DNA from: Campylobacter helveticus
Lineage (GTDB): Bacteria > Campylobacterota > Campylobacteria > Campylobacterales > Campylobacteraceae
Assembly: GCF_002080395.1 (NCBI RefSeq)
Contig: NZ_CP020478.1
Coordinates: 236,886-260,885 of the forward strand
Direction of reading: 5' to 3'
DNA length: 24,000 nt
In this document: piece after piece, positions 8,673 to 17,036 of the stretch
How the letters are laid out: the number at the start of each line of letters is the position of its first letter
Position numbering within the stretch: position 1 is the stretch's first letter
Translations under genes and position numbers: made by a program
The notes under the pieces: generated by a model
Told to the model about the DNA's origin: nothing
The model's input: the letters and a program-made list of their open reading frames with translations, nothing else
Databases searched by the model: none

Positions 8673-10046
8673 ATGATGGCGAGAAAAAAAACGAGGAATT
8701 TATTGTGGCTTTTGATTATTATTTTATTATTTTTGGGTAGTTTTTTTATTTTAAATTTAAGCATTTTTGAGAAAAATGCTCCGCAAATTTTTGTTGAAGA
8801 TACACTTTATACCAATCTTAAATCCCCACTTTTAGTCAAAGTCAAAGATGAAGAAAATGCGGTAAAATCCATCAAAATCGTTCTTAAAAAAGATGATAAT
8901 GACCCAGGAGTGATCTTAGCAGATGGTAAAATCAAGCAGGATAAAGAAGTCTCTTTACAAATCAATCTTCCTAAACAAGCCTATAAAGACAAAACAAATT
9001 CTTATTTTTTAGAAATTTGGGCGAAGGATACAAGTTTTTGGAATTTTAATGGAAATGAAGCCTATAAAAAAGTTGTAGTTATGATTGACAATGAGGCTCC
9101 TAAATTAAATATCATTAGCAATTCTTATAATATAGAGCAAGGAGGAGCAGCAAGTGTCGTTTTTAAGGCTGAGGATGCGAATTTAAAAGAACTTTTTATA
9201 GAGACAAATAAGGGTCGAATTTTTAAGGTTACACCTTATCTTAAGAAAGATTATTACGCCGCTTTAATCGCTTGGGACGCAAAAGATGAGGAATTTAGAG
9301 CCTATGTTATCGCAAAAGATGCGGCAGGAAATATTGCAAAAGAGCGTATAAGATATTATCTTTTAAATCGTAAATACCGCGTTTCTAACATTAAACTAAG
9401 CGATAAATTTTTAGATGGGAAAATAGAAGATTTAGCTTCAATGTATGCACCAAAAAACAATACTTTCACGCGTTTTGAAAAATTTAAATTTGTCAATGAA
9501 ACCTTAAGACTTTCAAACGAAGAGCTTATCCATAAAATCACATCTATCGTGCCTGAAGAAAGTTTTGGCGAATTTGGTGTTAATTTATTTTTACCTTTGA
9601 AAAATGCGGCGAAAGTGGCTGATTTTGCTGACCATAGATATTATTCTTATAATGGGCAGTTTGTGAGCGATTCTTATCATATGGGGCTTGATTTAGCTAG
9701 CACGAGCGAAGCACCTATTATTAGCAATAACGCAGGTAAAGTTGTTTTCGCTGGTGAAAATGGAATTTATGGGCTTAATCTTATACTTTATCACGGCTTT
9801 GGAATTTACACACTTTATGGGCATTGCTCGTCTTCTAGTGTGAGTTTAGATGAAAATGTTGCAAAGGGTAGCATTATCGCTAAAACGGGTGTGAGTGGTT
9901 TAGCTTTGGGGGACCATTTGCATTTTGGTGTGTTAGTGCAAGGGGTTGAAACAAGACCAGAGCAATGGCAGGATAGAAAATGGCTGGAAAATAATATTTA
10001 TAAGGTATTTAATGACGCCAAAAAAGTTATATTAGGGACAAGATGA
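8673..10046 (+). CDS. Membrane-anchored M23 (LytM-domain) peptidoglycan metallopeptidase
   Basis: N-terminal TM anchor (LLWLLIIILLFLGSFFIL). The C-terminal LytM domain has the HxxxD motif (HMGLDLAS) and the HxH motif (GDHLHFGV). Confidence 0.85.
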   Translation: MMARKKTRNLLWLLIIILLFLGSFFILNLSIFEKNAPQIFVEDTLYTNLKSPLLVKVKDEENAVKSIKIVLKKDDNDPGVILADGKIKQDKEVSLQINLPKQAYKDKTNSYFLEIWAKDTSFWNFNGNEAYKKVVVMIDNEAPKLNIISNSYNIEQGGAASVVFKAEDANLKELFIETNKGRIFKVTPYLKKDYYAALIAWDAKDEEFRAYVIAKDAAGNIAKERIRYYLLNRKYRVSNIKLSDKFLDGKIEDLASMYAPKNNTFTRFEKFKFVNETLRLSNEELIHKITSIVPEESFGEFGVNLFLPLKNAAKVADFADHRYYSYNGQFVSDSYHMGLDLASTSEAPIISNNAGKVVFAGENGIYGLNLILYHGFGIYTLYGHCSSSSVSLDENVAKGSIIAKTGVSGLALGDHLHFGVLVQGVETRPEQWQDRKWLENNIYKVFNDAKKVILGTR

Positions 10047-10930
10047 TGAGGCAATTAACTTTAGCAAAAGCTGTAAGCGGCACAGGTGTGGGACTGCATA
10101 AGGGTGAGCCTATTGAGGTTACCTTAGAGCCTTTAGAGGCAAATTCTGGTATAGTATTTTTTAGAAGCGATTTAAATGTAAGCTATGAGGCAAAGCCGCA
10201 AAATGTGATAAATACGCAACTTGCGACTGTTATAGGTGATGATAGGGGCTATATTTCGACCATTGAGCATTTGATGAGTGCGATTAATGCTTATGGGATT
10301 GATAATGTGCGTATCGTGCTAAATTCAAACGAAGCACCCGTAATGGATGGCTCTAGCATTAGTTTTTGTATGATGCTTGATGAAGCTGGAGTGAAAGAGC
10401 TTGACGCGCCAAAAAAGATTATGGTGATTAAAAAGGTGGTTGAGGTGCGAGACGGCGATAAATTTGTGCGTCTTAGTCCAACAAAAGAGCCTAAAATTAA
10501 CTATACCATTAAATTTAATAATGCCTTAATCGGTGAGCAAAGTTATTGTTTTGAATTTAGCAAGAAAAATTATATAGAAAATATCGCTAGAGCTAGGACT
10601 TTTGGTTTTTTAAAAGATGTTCAAGCTTTAAGAGCTATGAATTTAGGGCTTGGCGGTAGTCTTGAAAATACCATAGTTGTAGATGAAAACCGCATTTTAA
10701 ATCCTGAGGGACTGCGTTTTAAAGATGAATTTGTCCGTCATAAAATTTTAGACGCCATTGGAGATTTAACCTTGCTTGGATATAGAATTTATGGTGATTA
10801 TACCTCTTATGCTGGAAGTCATCATTTAAATCATTTGCTTACAAAAGAGGTTTTAAAAGATAAAGAGAGTTATGAAATTGTTGTGCTTGAAAACTCTTGC
10901 GAAAAAGTTTATGAAAAGGTTTTTGCATAA
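10043..10930 (+). CDS. lpxC: UDP-3-O-acyl-N-acetylglucosamine deacetylase
   Basis: Contains GTGVGLHKG, TIEHLMSA, EAPVMDGSS and FVRHKILDAIGDL. It is full length (295 aa) and its start overlaps the M23 gene stop (ATGA). Confidence 0.95.
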   Translation: MMRQLTLAKAVSGTGVGLHKGEPIEVTLEPLEANSGIVFFRSDLNVSYEAKPQNVINTQLATVIGDDRGYISTIEHLMSAINAYGIDNVRIVLNSNEAPVMDGSSISFCMMLDEAGVKELDAPKKIMVIKKVVEVRDGDKFVRLSPTKEPKINYTIKFNNALIGEQSYCFEFSKKNYIENIARARTFGFLKDVQALRAMNLGLGGSLENTIVVDENRILNPEGLRFKDEFVRHKILDAIGDLTLLGYRIYGDYTSYAGSHHLNHLLTKEVLKDKESYEIVVLENSCEKVYEKVFA

Positions 10931-10938
10931 AAACGCTT

Positions 10939-11367
10939 TTGCTTAATGCTATTTCTAAGCCCATAATGCTTGGAATTTATGAAAACGATGTGCTTATTAA
11001 GGAATATCAAAGTGAGGCTAAGGCGAGTGAATTTATCCCTGAAATTTTACAAAATTTATTAAGAGAATTCGAATTTGAAAGACTTATTTATGCAAATGGA
11101 CCGGGTTCTTATATGGGGATAAAAATTTCTTATATCAGCCTTAAGACTTTGAGTGTGGTGAAAGAAATTCCCCTTTTTGCCTTGAGTGCTTTTGAGCTTA
11201 ATCATTTTAAACCCATAAGGGCAAATAAACATCTTTGTTTTGTTTATAAAGGGGGCGAAATTTGCTTGGAGCAAGCGATAGAGGGGAATTTTTTTCTGCC
11301 TTTAAATCTAAAGCAAGTTTGCCTAAAAGAGGATAATCTTCCCTTTTATTTTTTAGATGTGATTTAG
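10939..11367 (+). CDS. Short TsaB/YeaZ-like protein (tRNA t6A biosynthesis partner, N-terminal domain only)
   Basis: 142 aa from a TTG start. Its layout matches the TsaB N-terminal ASKHA-like half, including LIYANGPGSYMGIKISYISLKTL (compare TsaB GPGSFTGLRIG). The protein is much shorter than the ~230-aa canonical TsaB. Confidence 0.5.
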   Translation: MLNAISKPIMLGIYENDVLIKEYQSEAKASEFIPEILQNLLREFEFERLIYANGPGSYMGIKISYISLKTLSVVKEIPLFALSAFELNHFKPIRANKHLCFVYKGGEICLEQAIEGNFFLPLNLKQVCLKEDNLPFYFLDVI

Positions 11368-11375
11368 GATAAATT

Positions 11376-12254
11376 TTGAAAATTTTAGTTCCAGCTACGA
11401 GTGCGAATTTAGGTCCTGGTTTTGATTGTTTGGGTTTAAGCCTTAAGCTTTTTAACGAAGTGGTGATTGAAAAGGCAAATTTTACTAGTATTAGCATTAG
11501 TGGCGAGGGCAGTGAAAATGTTTTTTTGAAAAAAAATAATGCTTTCGTGCGAATTTTTAATGAAATTTATGAAAAATTAAGTGGTAAAAAAGAAAATTTT
11601 CGCTTCATTTTTGAAAATAATATCCCCCTTTCAAGAGGGCTTGGCAGCTCTTCTGCTGTGATTGTTGGGGCGATTGGGGCTGCTTATTTTATGAGTGGTT
11701 TTAAGGTGGAAAAAGAACGGGTGCTAAATGAGGCTTTAAAATATGAAAATCACCCTGATAATATCGCCCCTGCTACGCTTGGAGGTTTTGTCTGCTCTGT
11801 GGTAGAAAATGATAAGGTTTTTAGCATTAAAAAAGAGCTTGATAGTGCTTTAAAGGCTGTGCTACTTATCCCTAATGTCGCGATGAATACCGAGCAAAGC
11901 AGAAAAGCTTTGAGTGCAAATTTTAGCTTGAAAGATTGCGTTTTTAATCTTTCTCATTCTACTTTCTTAACGGCTTGTTTTTTGGAAAAAAAATATGATT
12001 TATTAAAACTAGCAAGTCAGGATAAATTGCACGAATTTAAGAGGATGCAAACCCTACCCGAACTTTTTGAAGTGCAGAAATTTGCTCTTGAAAATAAGGC
12101 GTTGATGAGCACACTTTCAGGTTCTGGTTCGAGCTTTTTTTCTCTTGCCTTTAGAGATGATGCGGAAAATTTGGCTAAAAAAATGGCACAAAAATTTTCA
12201 GCCTCTCGTGTGGTGTGCGTAGAATTTGACAATGAGGGCTTTAAAATTTGCTAA
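11376..12254 (+). CDS. thrB: Homoserine kinase
   Basis: TTG start. VPATSANLGPGFD is at the N-terminus. The GHMP kinase motif IPLSRGLGSSSA is present, and TLSGSGSSFF lies near the C-terminus. Confidence 0.9.
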   Translation: MKILVPATSANLGPGFDCLGLSLKLFNEVVIEKANFTSISISGEGSENVFLKKNNAFVRIFNEIYEKLSGKKENFRFIFENNIPLSRGLGSSSAVIVGAIGAAYFMSGFKVEKERVLNEALKYENHPDNIAPATLGGFVCSVVENDKVFSIKKELDSALKAVLLIPNVAMNTEQSRKALSANFSLKDCVFNLSHSTFLTACFLEKKYDLLKLASQDKLHEFKRMQTLPELFEVQKFALENKALMSTLSGSGSSFFSLAFRDDAENLAKKMAQKFSASRVVCVEFDNEGFKIC

Positions 12255-12283
12255 AAAATACAAAAAAAAGTATAATTTCAAGA

Positions 12284-12532
12284 ATGCATACGCCTATTAG
12301 AATGTGTGTGCTATGCAAAAATCGTTTCAAGCAAAATACCCTATATCGCTTTAGAGTTGAAGATAATGAGCTTTGTATTTATGCAAAGTGTGGTCGTAGT
12401 GTTTATTTGTGTGAAGCGTGTATCTTAAAGGAAAATCATAAATGGCAAAAAGTACTTTCTAGGGCTTGTAAAAATATGATAAAAACATCACAGCAGGATT
12501 TAAAGGAGAGAATTTTTAATGACAAAAGTTAG
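12284..12532 (+). CDS. ylxR: YlxR-family (DUF448) RNA-binding protein upstream of infB
   Basis: [20 protein letters not shown]...[10 protein letters not shown] matches the YlxR pattern R-x-C-x2-C...L-x-R...GRG-x-Y-x-C. Its position directly upstream of and overlapping infB is the classical context. The start is ambiguous between ATG 12284 (no SD) and TTG 12248 (GAGGG lies 9 nt upstream and overlaps the thrB stop). Confidence 0.7.
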   Translation: MHTPIRMCVLCKNRFKQNTLYRFRVEDNELCIYAKCGRSVYLCEACILKENHKWQKVLSRACKNMIKTSQQDLKERIFNDKS

Positions 12533-15086
12533 AATTTATGAAATCGCAAACGAAGTGGGCTATTCAAGTAAGGAAGTGATAGAAAAAGCTAATGAGCTAG
12601 GACTTGATATAAAATCCGCTTCAAATGCTGTGGAGGCCGAGGTTGCGGCTGGAATTTATGAGTATATCCAAACTAAAACTATCCCTGCAATTTTCAAGAA
12701 AGAGGAAAAGAAATCAAGCAAAAGTCCCAAGAAAGAAGTTAAAAAAGAAGCAAAGCCAAAAGAAGTTAAAGCGAAAAAAGAGGTAAAAAAGGAAGAGAGC
12801 AAAGAGCAAGCTAAAGAAGAAATTTTGCTCTCAAATGAGATTAAGCAAGAATTAAAAGAAGAAAAAAATGAGCCGCAAAGTTTAGCGAGTGCGACTTTAG
12901 CTAAAAGGCGTGGGCTTGTGATAGTCAAGAAGAAAAAAGATGAAGAGCAAGAGGCTAAGAAAGAAGAAGTAAAGCCTAGTGCTTCTGTAGCTGAGCGTCC
13001 TAGTTTGTCTATGATTTTTTCTAATGCTGATGAAAATTTAAAGAAAAAGAAAAAAGAGAAAAAAGCTTTTGCTGCCACAAAGAAGGAAAATGTTGAAAAG
13101 ATGGACTTTTTAGAAAGTCAAGATTTTGGTGATATTTCTTTAGATGATGAAGATGAGGTTGTTTTACCTGATTTTAGCGTGAAAGAAAAAGAGGTAGTGC
13201 AAAATACTATTAAAAAACCGCCTAATTTTTTACGCCAAAATAATTCTATTAATTTTGGCGAAGTTGGCATACAAAGAAGAAGTCGCAAAAAGCCGCCAAA
13301 AAGAGTGGAGAAAAAGGAAAGTGAGGCAATTACGAGTTTGGAAATTCCTAAAGAAATTCGCGTGTATGAATTTGCAGATAAATTAGGCAAAAATACGAGC
13401 GAAATTATTTCTAAGCTTTTTATGCTTGGTATGATGACGACTAAAAATGACTTTTTAGACGAGACAGCGATCGAAATTCTAGCAGAAGAATTTGGGATTG
13501 AAATTAAGATTATCGATGAGGTGAGCGAGTTTGATTATGTGAAAGACTATGATATGGGAGATGAAGAGAGTTTGGAGCCTAGAGCACCTGTAATTACCAT
13601 TATGGGACATGTCGATCACGGTAAAACTTCACTTTTAGATTATATAAGAAATTCGCGTGTGGTAAGTGGCGAGGCTGGAGGAATCACGCAGCATGTCGGT
13701 GCTTATATGGTGGAAAAAAATGGGCGTAAAATCACCTTTATCGACACTCCCGGACACGAAGCTTTCACGGCAATGCGTGCAAGAGGAGCGAGCATCACGG
13801 ACATTGTCATCATAGTCGTAGCGGCTGATGATGGGGTTAAGCCTCAAACCAAAGAAGCGATTAATCACGCTAAAGCGGCTAATGTGCCTATAATCATAGC
13901 GATTAATAAAATGGATAAAGAAAATGCAAATCCTGATATGGTTAAAACCCAACTTGCTGAAATGGAAATTATGCCTGTAGAGTGGGGTGGAAGCTATGAA
14001 TTTGTGCCTGTATCAGCTAAGGCTGGCACGGGGATAGAAGATTTACTTGAGATTGTGCTTTTACAAGCAGATCTTTTGGAGCTTAAGGCAAATTCTAAAA
14101 CCTTAGCTAAGGCTAGCGTGATAGAAAGCTCCGTGCAAAAGGGTCGTGGGGCTGTGGCAACTATTATCGTGCAAAATGGAACGCTAAAGGTTGGAAGCAC
14201 TATAGTTGCTGGTGTGGCTTATGGTAAAGTAAGGGCTATGAGCGATGATAAAGGTAGGGCTTTAAAGGAAATTAAACCGGGTGAATGCGGTGTGATAGTA
14301 GGACTTAGTGAAGTGGCTGAAGCGGGTGAAATTCTCATCGCGGTTAAAAGCGACAAAGAAGCAAAGGAATATGCAAACAAACGCCACGAATACAACCGCC
14401 AAAAAGAACTTAGCAAATCCACTAAAGTTAGCATTGATGAGCTTGGAGCTAAGATTAAAGAGGGGAATTTAAAAGCTTTACCTGTTATTTTAAAAGCTGA
14501 TGTACAAGGCTCATTAGAGGCGATAAAAGCAAGTTTGGAAAAGCTTAGAAATGATGAAATTAAGGTTAATATTATCCATAGTGGTGTCGGTGGTATCACG
14601 CAAAGCGATATAGAATTAGCCAGCGCGAGTGAGGATTCTATCGTGCTTGGTTTTAACATACGCCCAACAGGTGAGATTAAAGAAAAAGCGAAAGATAAGG
14701 GCGTGGAGATTAAAACTTATAATGTCATTTATAATTTGCTTGATGATGTAAAAGCCCTGCTTGGTGGTATGATGAGTCCTATAATTTCTGAAGAGCAGCT
14801 TGGACAAGCTGAGATTAGACAAGTGATTTCTGTGCCAAAAATAGGGCAAATTGCAGGTTGTATGGTAAGCGAAGGTGTGATAAATAGGGGTGCGAAAATT
14901 CGACTAATTCGTGATGGTGTGGTTGTTTTTGAGGGTAATGTCAGCTCACTTAAGCGTTTTAAAGACGATGTGAAAGAGGTCGCTAAGGGTTATGAATGTG
15001 GCGTTGGGATAGAAGGCTGTGATGATATGCGTGTGGGCGATTACATCGAAAGCTATAAAGAAGTTGAGCAAAGAGTGAGTTTATGA
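12519..15086 (+). CDS. infB: Translation initiation factor IF-2
   Basis: RBS AAGGAG precedes the ATG. The N-terminal region is K/E-rich and low-complexity. The G domain has [20 protein letters not shown] and NKMD. The C-terminal domains are conserved ([19 protein letters not shown]). Confidence 0.95.
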   Translation: MTKVRIYEIANEVGYSSKEVIEKANELGLDIKSASNAVEAEVAAGIYEYIQTKTIPAIFKKEEKKSSKSPKKEVKKEAKPKEVKAKKEVKKEESKEQAKEEILLSNEIKQELKEEKNEPQSLASATLAKRRGLVIVKKKKDEEQEAKKEEVKPSASVAERPSLSMIFSNADENLKKKKKEKKAFAATKKENVEKMDFLESQDFGDISLDDEDEVVLPDFSVKEKEVVQNTIKKPPNFLRQNNSINFGEVGIQRRSRKKPPKRVEKKESEAITSLEIPKEIRVYEFADKLGKNTSEIISKLFMLGMMTTKNDFLDETAIEILAEEFGIEIKIIDEVSEFDYVKDYDMGDEESLEPRAPVITIMGHVDHGKTSLLDYIRNSRVVSGEAGGITQHVGAYMVEKNGRKITFIDTPGHEAFTAMRARGASITDIVIIVVAADDGVKPQTKEAINHAKAANVPIIIAINKMDKENANPDMVKTQLAEMEIMPVEWGGSYEFVPVSAKAGTGIEDLLEIVLLQADLLELKANSKTLAKASVIESSVQKGRGAVATIIVQNGTLKVGSTIVAGVAYGKVRAMSDDKGRALKEIKPGECGVIVGLSEVAEAGEILIAVKSDKEAKEYANKRHEYNRQKELSKSTKVSIDELGAKIKEGNLKALPVILKADVQGSLEAIKASLEKLRNDEIKVNIIHSGVGGITQSDIELASASEDSIVLGFNIRPTGEIKEKAKDKGVEIKTYNVIYNLLDDVKALLGGMMSPIISEEQLGQAEIRQVISVPKIGQIAGCMVSEGVINRGAKIRLIRDGVVVFEGNVSSLKRFKDDVKEVAKGYECGVGIEGCDDMRVGDYIESYKEVEQRVSL

Positions 15087-15439
15087 GCGAGATAAAAAAG
15101 CTTCGCACTGAAAGCATTTTAAAAGAGCTTATTCCAGAAGCTTTAGCACATTTAGATGATGAAAATTTGAAAAATCTTTGTGTTGTTGATGTGGAGTGTA
15201 GAAAAGGGCGTTACGATGCTTTTGTATATTTGGATAAGATGTTTTTCAACACTCACGAGCAAGAAAGAATTTTAAATACACTTAAAAAAGCCTCTAGAGC
15301 TTTGCAAAATTATTGTATGGGGGAGCAAGGCTGGTATAGATGTCCAAATTTTCACTTTAAATTTGATGATAGATTAGAATATCAAAATCATATGGACGCA
15401 CTTTTTGAAAAGATAAAAAGGAAAAATGATGAATCTTGA
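15083..15439 (+). CDS. rbfA: Ribosome-binding factor A
   Basis: 118 aa with an ATGA overlap onto the infB stop. The KH-like RbfA pattern is present (R..S.LKELI.EAL..L.D..L..L.V.DVE...). It sits in the canonical infB-rbfA position. Confidence 0.85.
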   Translation: MSEIKKLRTESILKELIPEALAHLDDENLKNLCVVDVECRKGRYDAFVYLDKMFFNTHEQERILNTLKKASRALQNYCMGEQGWYRCPNFHFKFDDRLEYQNHMDALFEKIKRKNDES

Positions 15440-15845
15440 AGCCTTATGTGGGGAAGCTGGGGTTAGTCTTTATGATAAAGAATTAGTGAGTGAAAATGGT
15501 AAAAAAATTTACCGTGTGTATATTATGAAAGAGGGCGGGGTAAGTTTGGAAGATTGTGCTAGACTAAGTGAAATTCTTTCCCCAATTTTTGATGTGGAGC
15601 CGCCTGTTAGTGGGGAGTATTTTTTAGAAGTGTCTTCCGCAGGACTTGAGAGAAAATTAAACACTTTGGAGCATTTTCAAAAAAGCGTAGGCGAAAAGGT
15701 TAAAATTAGCACAAATAAAAAAGAAAATTTTCAAGGAAAGCTTGTGAAGGTTGAGGGGGAGGATATATTTTTACAAGATGAAGAGGGTGAAATTTGCATT
15801 AAATTTAATCAAATTAAAAAGGCAAAAACCTTTATAGAGTGGTGA
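15426..15845 (+). CDS. rimP: Ribosome maturation factor RimP
   Basis: 139 aa with YRVYI....GVSLEDCARLSEILSPIFDVEPP....Y.LEVSSAGLERKL, the typical RimP N-domain signature. It overlaps the rbfA 3' end. Confidence 0.85.
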   Translation: MMNLEALCGEAGVSLYDKELVSENGKKIYRVYIMKEGGVSLEDCARLSEILSPIFDVEPPVSGEYFLEVSSAGLERKLNTLEHFQKSVGEKVKISTNKKENFQGKLVKVEGEDIFLQDEEGEICIKFNQIKKAKTFIEW

Positions 15846-17036
15846 TTATCTCTTCATCGCAAAATAAAGCCCATTTGCACACGCGACACAAATAAGCATC
15901 ACTAAAGCTAAAATTGTAGGCGTGTTTGCACCAACTGCACTTACGATAAAAGAAATCGCCCCAGCTAAAGCAAATTGACTTGTTCCAAGCACAGCAGAAG
16001 CCGTTCCACTATGGTCCTTAAAACGCGCCATTGCTAGTGTTGTGGTGTTGGGAGCGATGAAGCCGAGTAGGGCTATACTTGTAAAAATACTGATTTCAAA
16101 AAGCCAAAAATTTGGTTTAATTAAGGCATTGAAAAATAAAATAAGAGTTGAGATAAGCATTAAAATAAGAGCATAGAATAGAATTTTTTCACTATCTATT
16201 TTTTTGACAATTTTTGCATTGATATTTGCAAAGATGATAAAGCCTAAGGCATTAATGCCAAAAAGTAAGCCAAAATCTTTTTCGCTTAAGCCAAAAAAGC
16301 TAATGAAAACGAAGCTTGAACCCGTGATGTAAGCAAACATTGCCGCTAAAACTAAAGCCGCACAAGACACATAAAGGACAAAGGGCTTATCCTTAAGGAC
16401 GAAATGATAGCTTTTTAAGGTTTCTTTGTGGGAGAATTTTTGCCTTTTAAGATGAGGGGCGGATTCTTTAAGTGCAAAAAGAATAAGCAAAAAAAGCAAA
16501 ATTCCAAGTCCAAAAAGCGTAGCAAAAATGCTATGCCAAGAAAAATACTCAATCAAAAAGCCTCCAAGAGAAGGCGATAGCATAGGTGCAAGAGCGCTAA
16601 AAACCATCATCAGTGCAAAAATACTCGCCGCTTCTTTTAGTTCAAATAAATCATTAACAATAGCTCTAGCAATGACAACTCCAGCACACCCTCCCAAAGC
16701 CTCAAAGAAACGCAAGGCTATGAAAATATAGATATTATCAATTATCACGCAAAAAAGGCTAGAAAGCATAAAAAGAAAAATTCCAACAAGAGCAGGAATT
16801 TTACGCCCAAAAACATCACTTAAAGGTCCATAAATGAGCTGTCCCAAAGCAAAGGCGATAAAAAAACTTGCAATAGAAAGTTGGGTTAAAAACTCACTCG
16901 TTTCAAAGCTTTGTTTAACTTGCGAAAGTGCTGGTAAATACATATCCGTAGAAAGTGGTGCGATGCTTGACATTAGAGCTAATATGACAATGAGTCTAAA
17001 TTTAGCGAAACCCTTTATTTTTGTATGTTTTTGCAT
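15846..17036 (-). CDS. MFS transporter, Bcr/CflA-type drug-resistance efflux family
   Basis: 396 aa with about 12 hydrophobic segments. The N-terminal STDMYLPAL and the MFS motif A (GPLSDVFGRK) are characteristic of the Bcr/CflA subfamily. Its ATG (17034-17036) overlaps the stop of the upstream nuclease gene (TAATG). Confidence 0.85.
   Translation of the reverse strand: MQKHTKIKGFAKFRLIVILALMSSIAPLSTDMYLPALSQVKQSFETSEFLTQLSIASFFIAFALGQLIYGPLSDVFGRKIPALVGIFLFMLSSLFCVIIDNIYIFIALRFFEALGGCAGVVIARAIVNDLFELKEAASIFALMMVFSALAPMLSPSLGGFLIEYFSWHSIFATLFGLGILLFLLILFALKESAPHLKRQKFSHKETLKSYHFVLKDKPFVLYVSCAALVLAAMFAYITGSSFVFISFFGLSEKDFGLLFGINALGFIIFANINAKIVKKIDSEKILFYALILMLISTLILFFNALIKPNFWLFEISIFTSIALLGFIAPNTTTLAMARFKDHSGTASAVLGTSQFALAGAISFIVSAVGANTPTILALVMLICVACANGLYFAMKR

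Noticed and set aside
11059-11497. Minus-strand ORFs (71 and 96 aa) across the TsaB-like/thrB junction
   Set aside because: They are antisense to co-directional, tightly packed genes and have no RBS or motifs.
12700-13330. Apparent repeat structure (AAAGAAG/GAAAAA runs) considered as a tandem repeat or variable-number repeat
   Set aside because: I could find no exact periodic unit. It is compositional K/E low complexity typical of the IF-2 N-terminal linker, not a discrete repeat element.
12656-13390. Long antisense ORFs (140 aa and 90 aa) opposite the infB 5' region
   Set aside because: They are artefacts of the AAG/GAA-rich K/E low-complexity coding region of IF-2. The complement gives stop-free CTT/TTC runs that translate to F/S/L-rich low-complexity sequence. 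There is no RBS or independent evidence.
13635-14849. Several antisense ORFs (68-146 aa) opposite the infB G domain and C-terminal domains
   Set aside because: They lie wholly within a strongly supported conserved gene on the other strand. Their translations have no recognisable motifs. The higher local GC content reduces stop-codon frequency.
15811-15880. Weak stems near the rimP/MFS junction considered as terminators
   Set aside because: They are only 5-6 bp AT-rich stems (AAAGG/CCTTT, AAATTT/AAATTT, GCAAA/TTTGC) with long loops and no following T tract. This is insufficient for an intrinsic terminator call.
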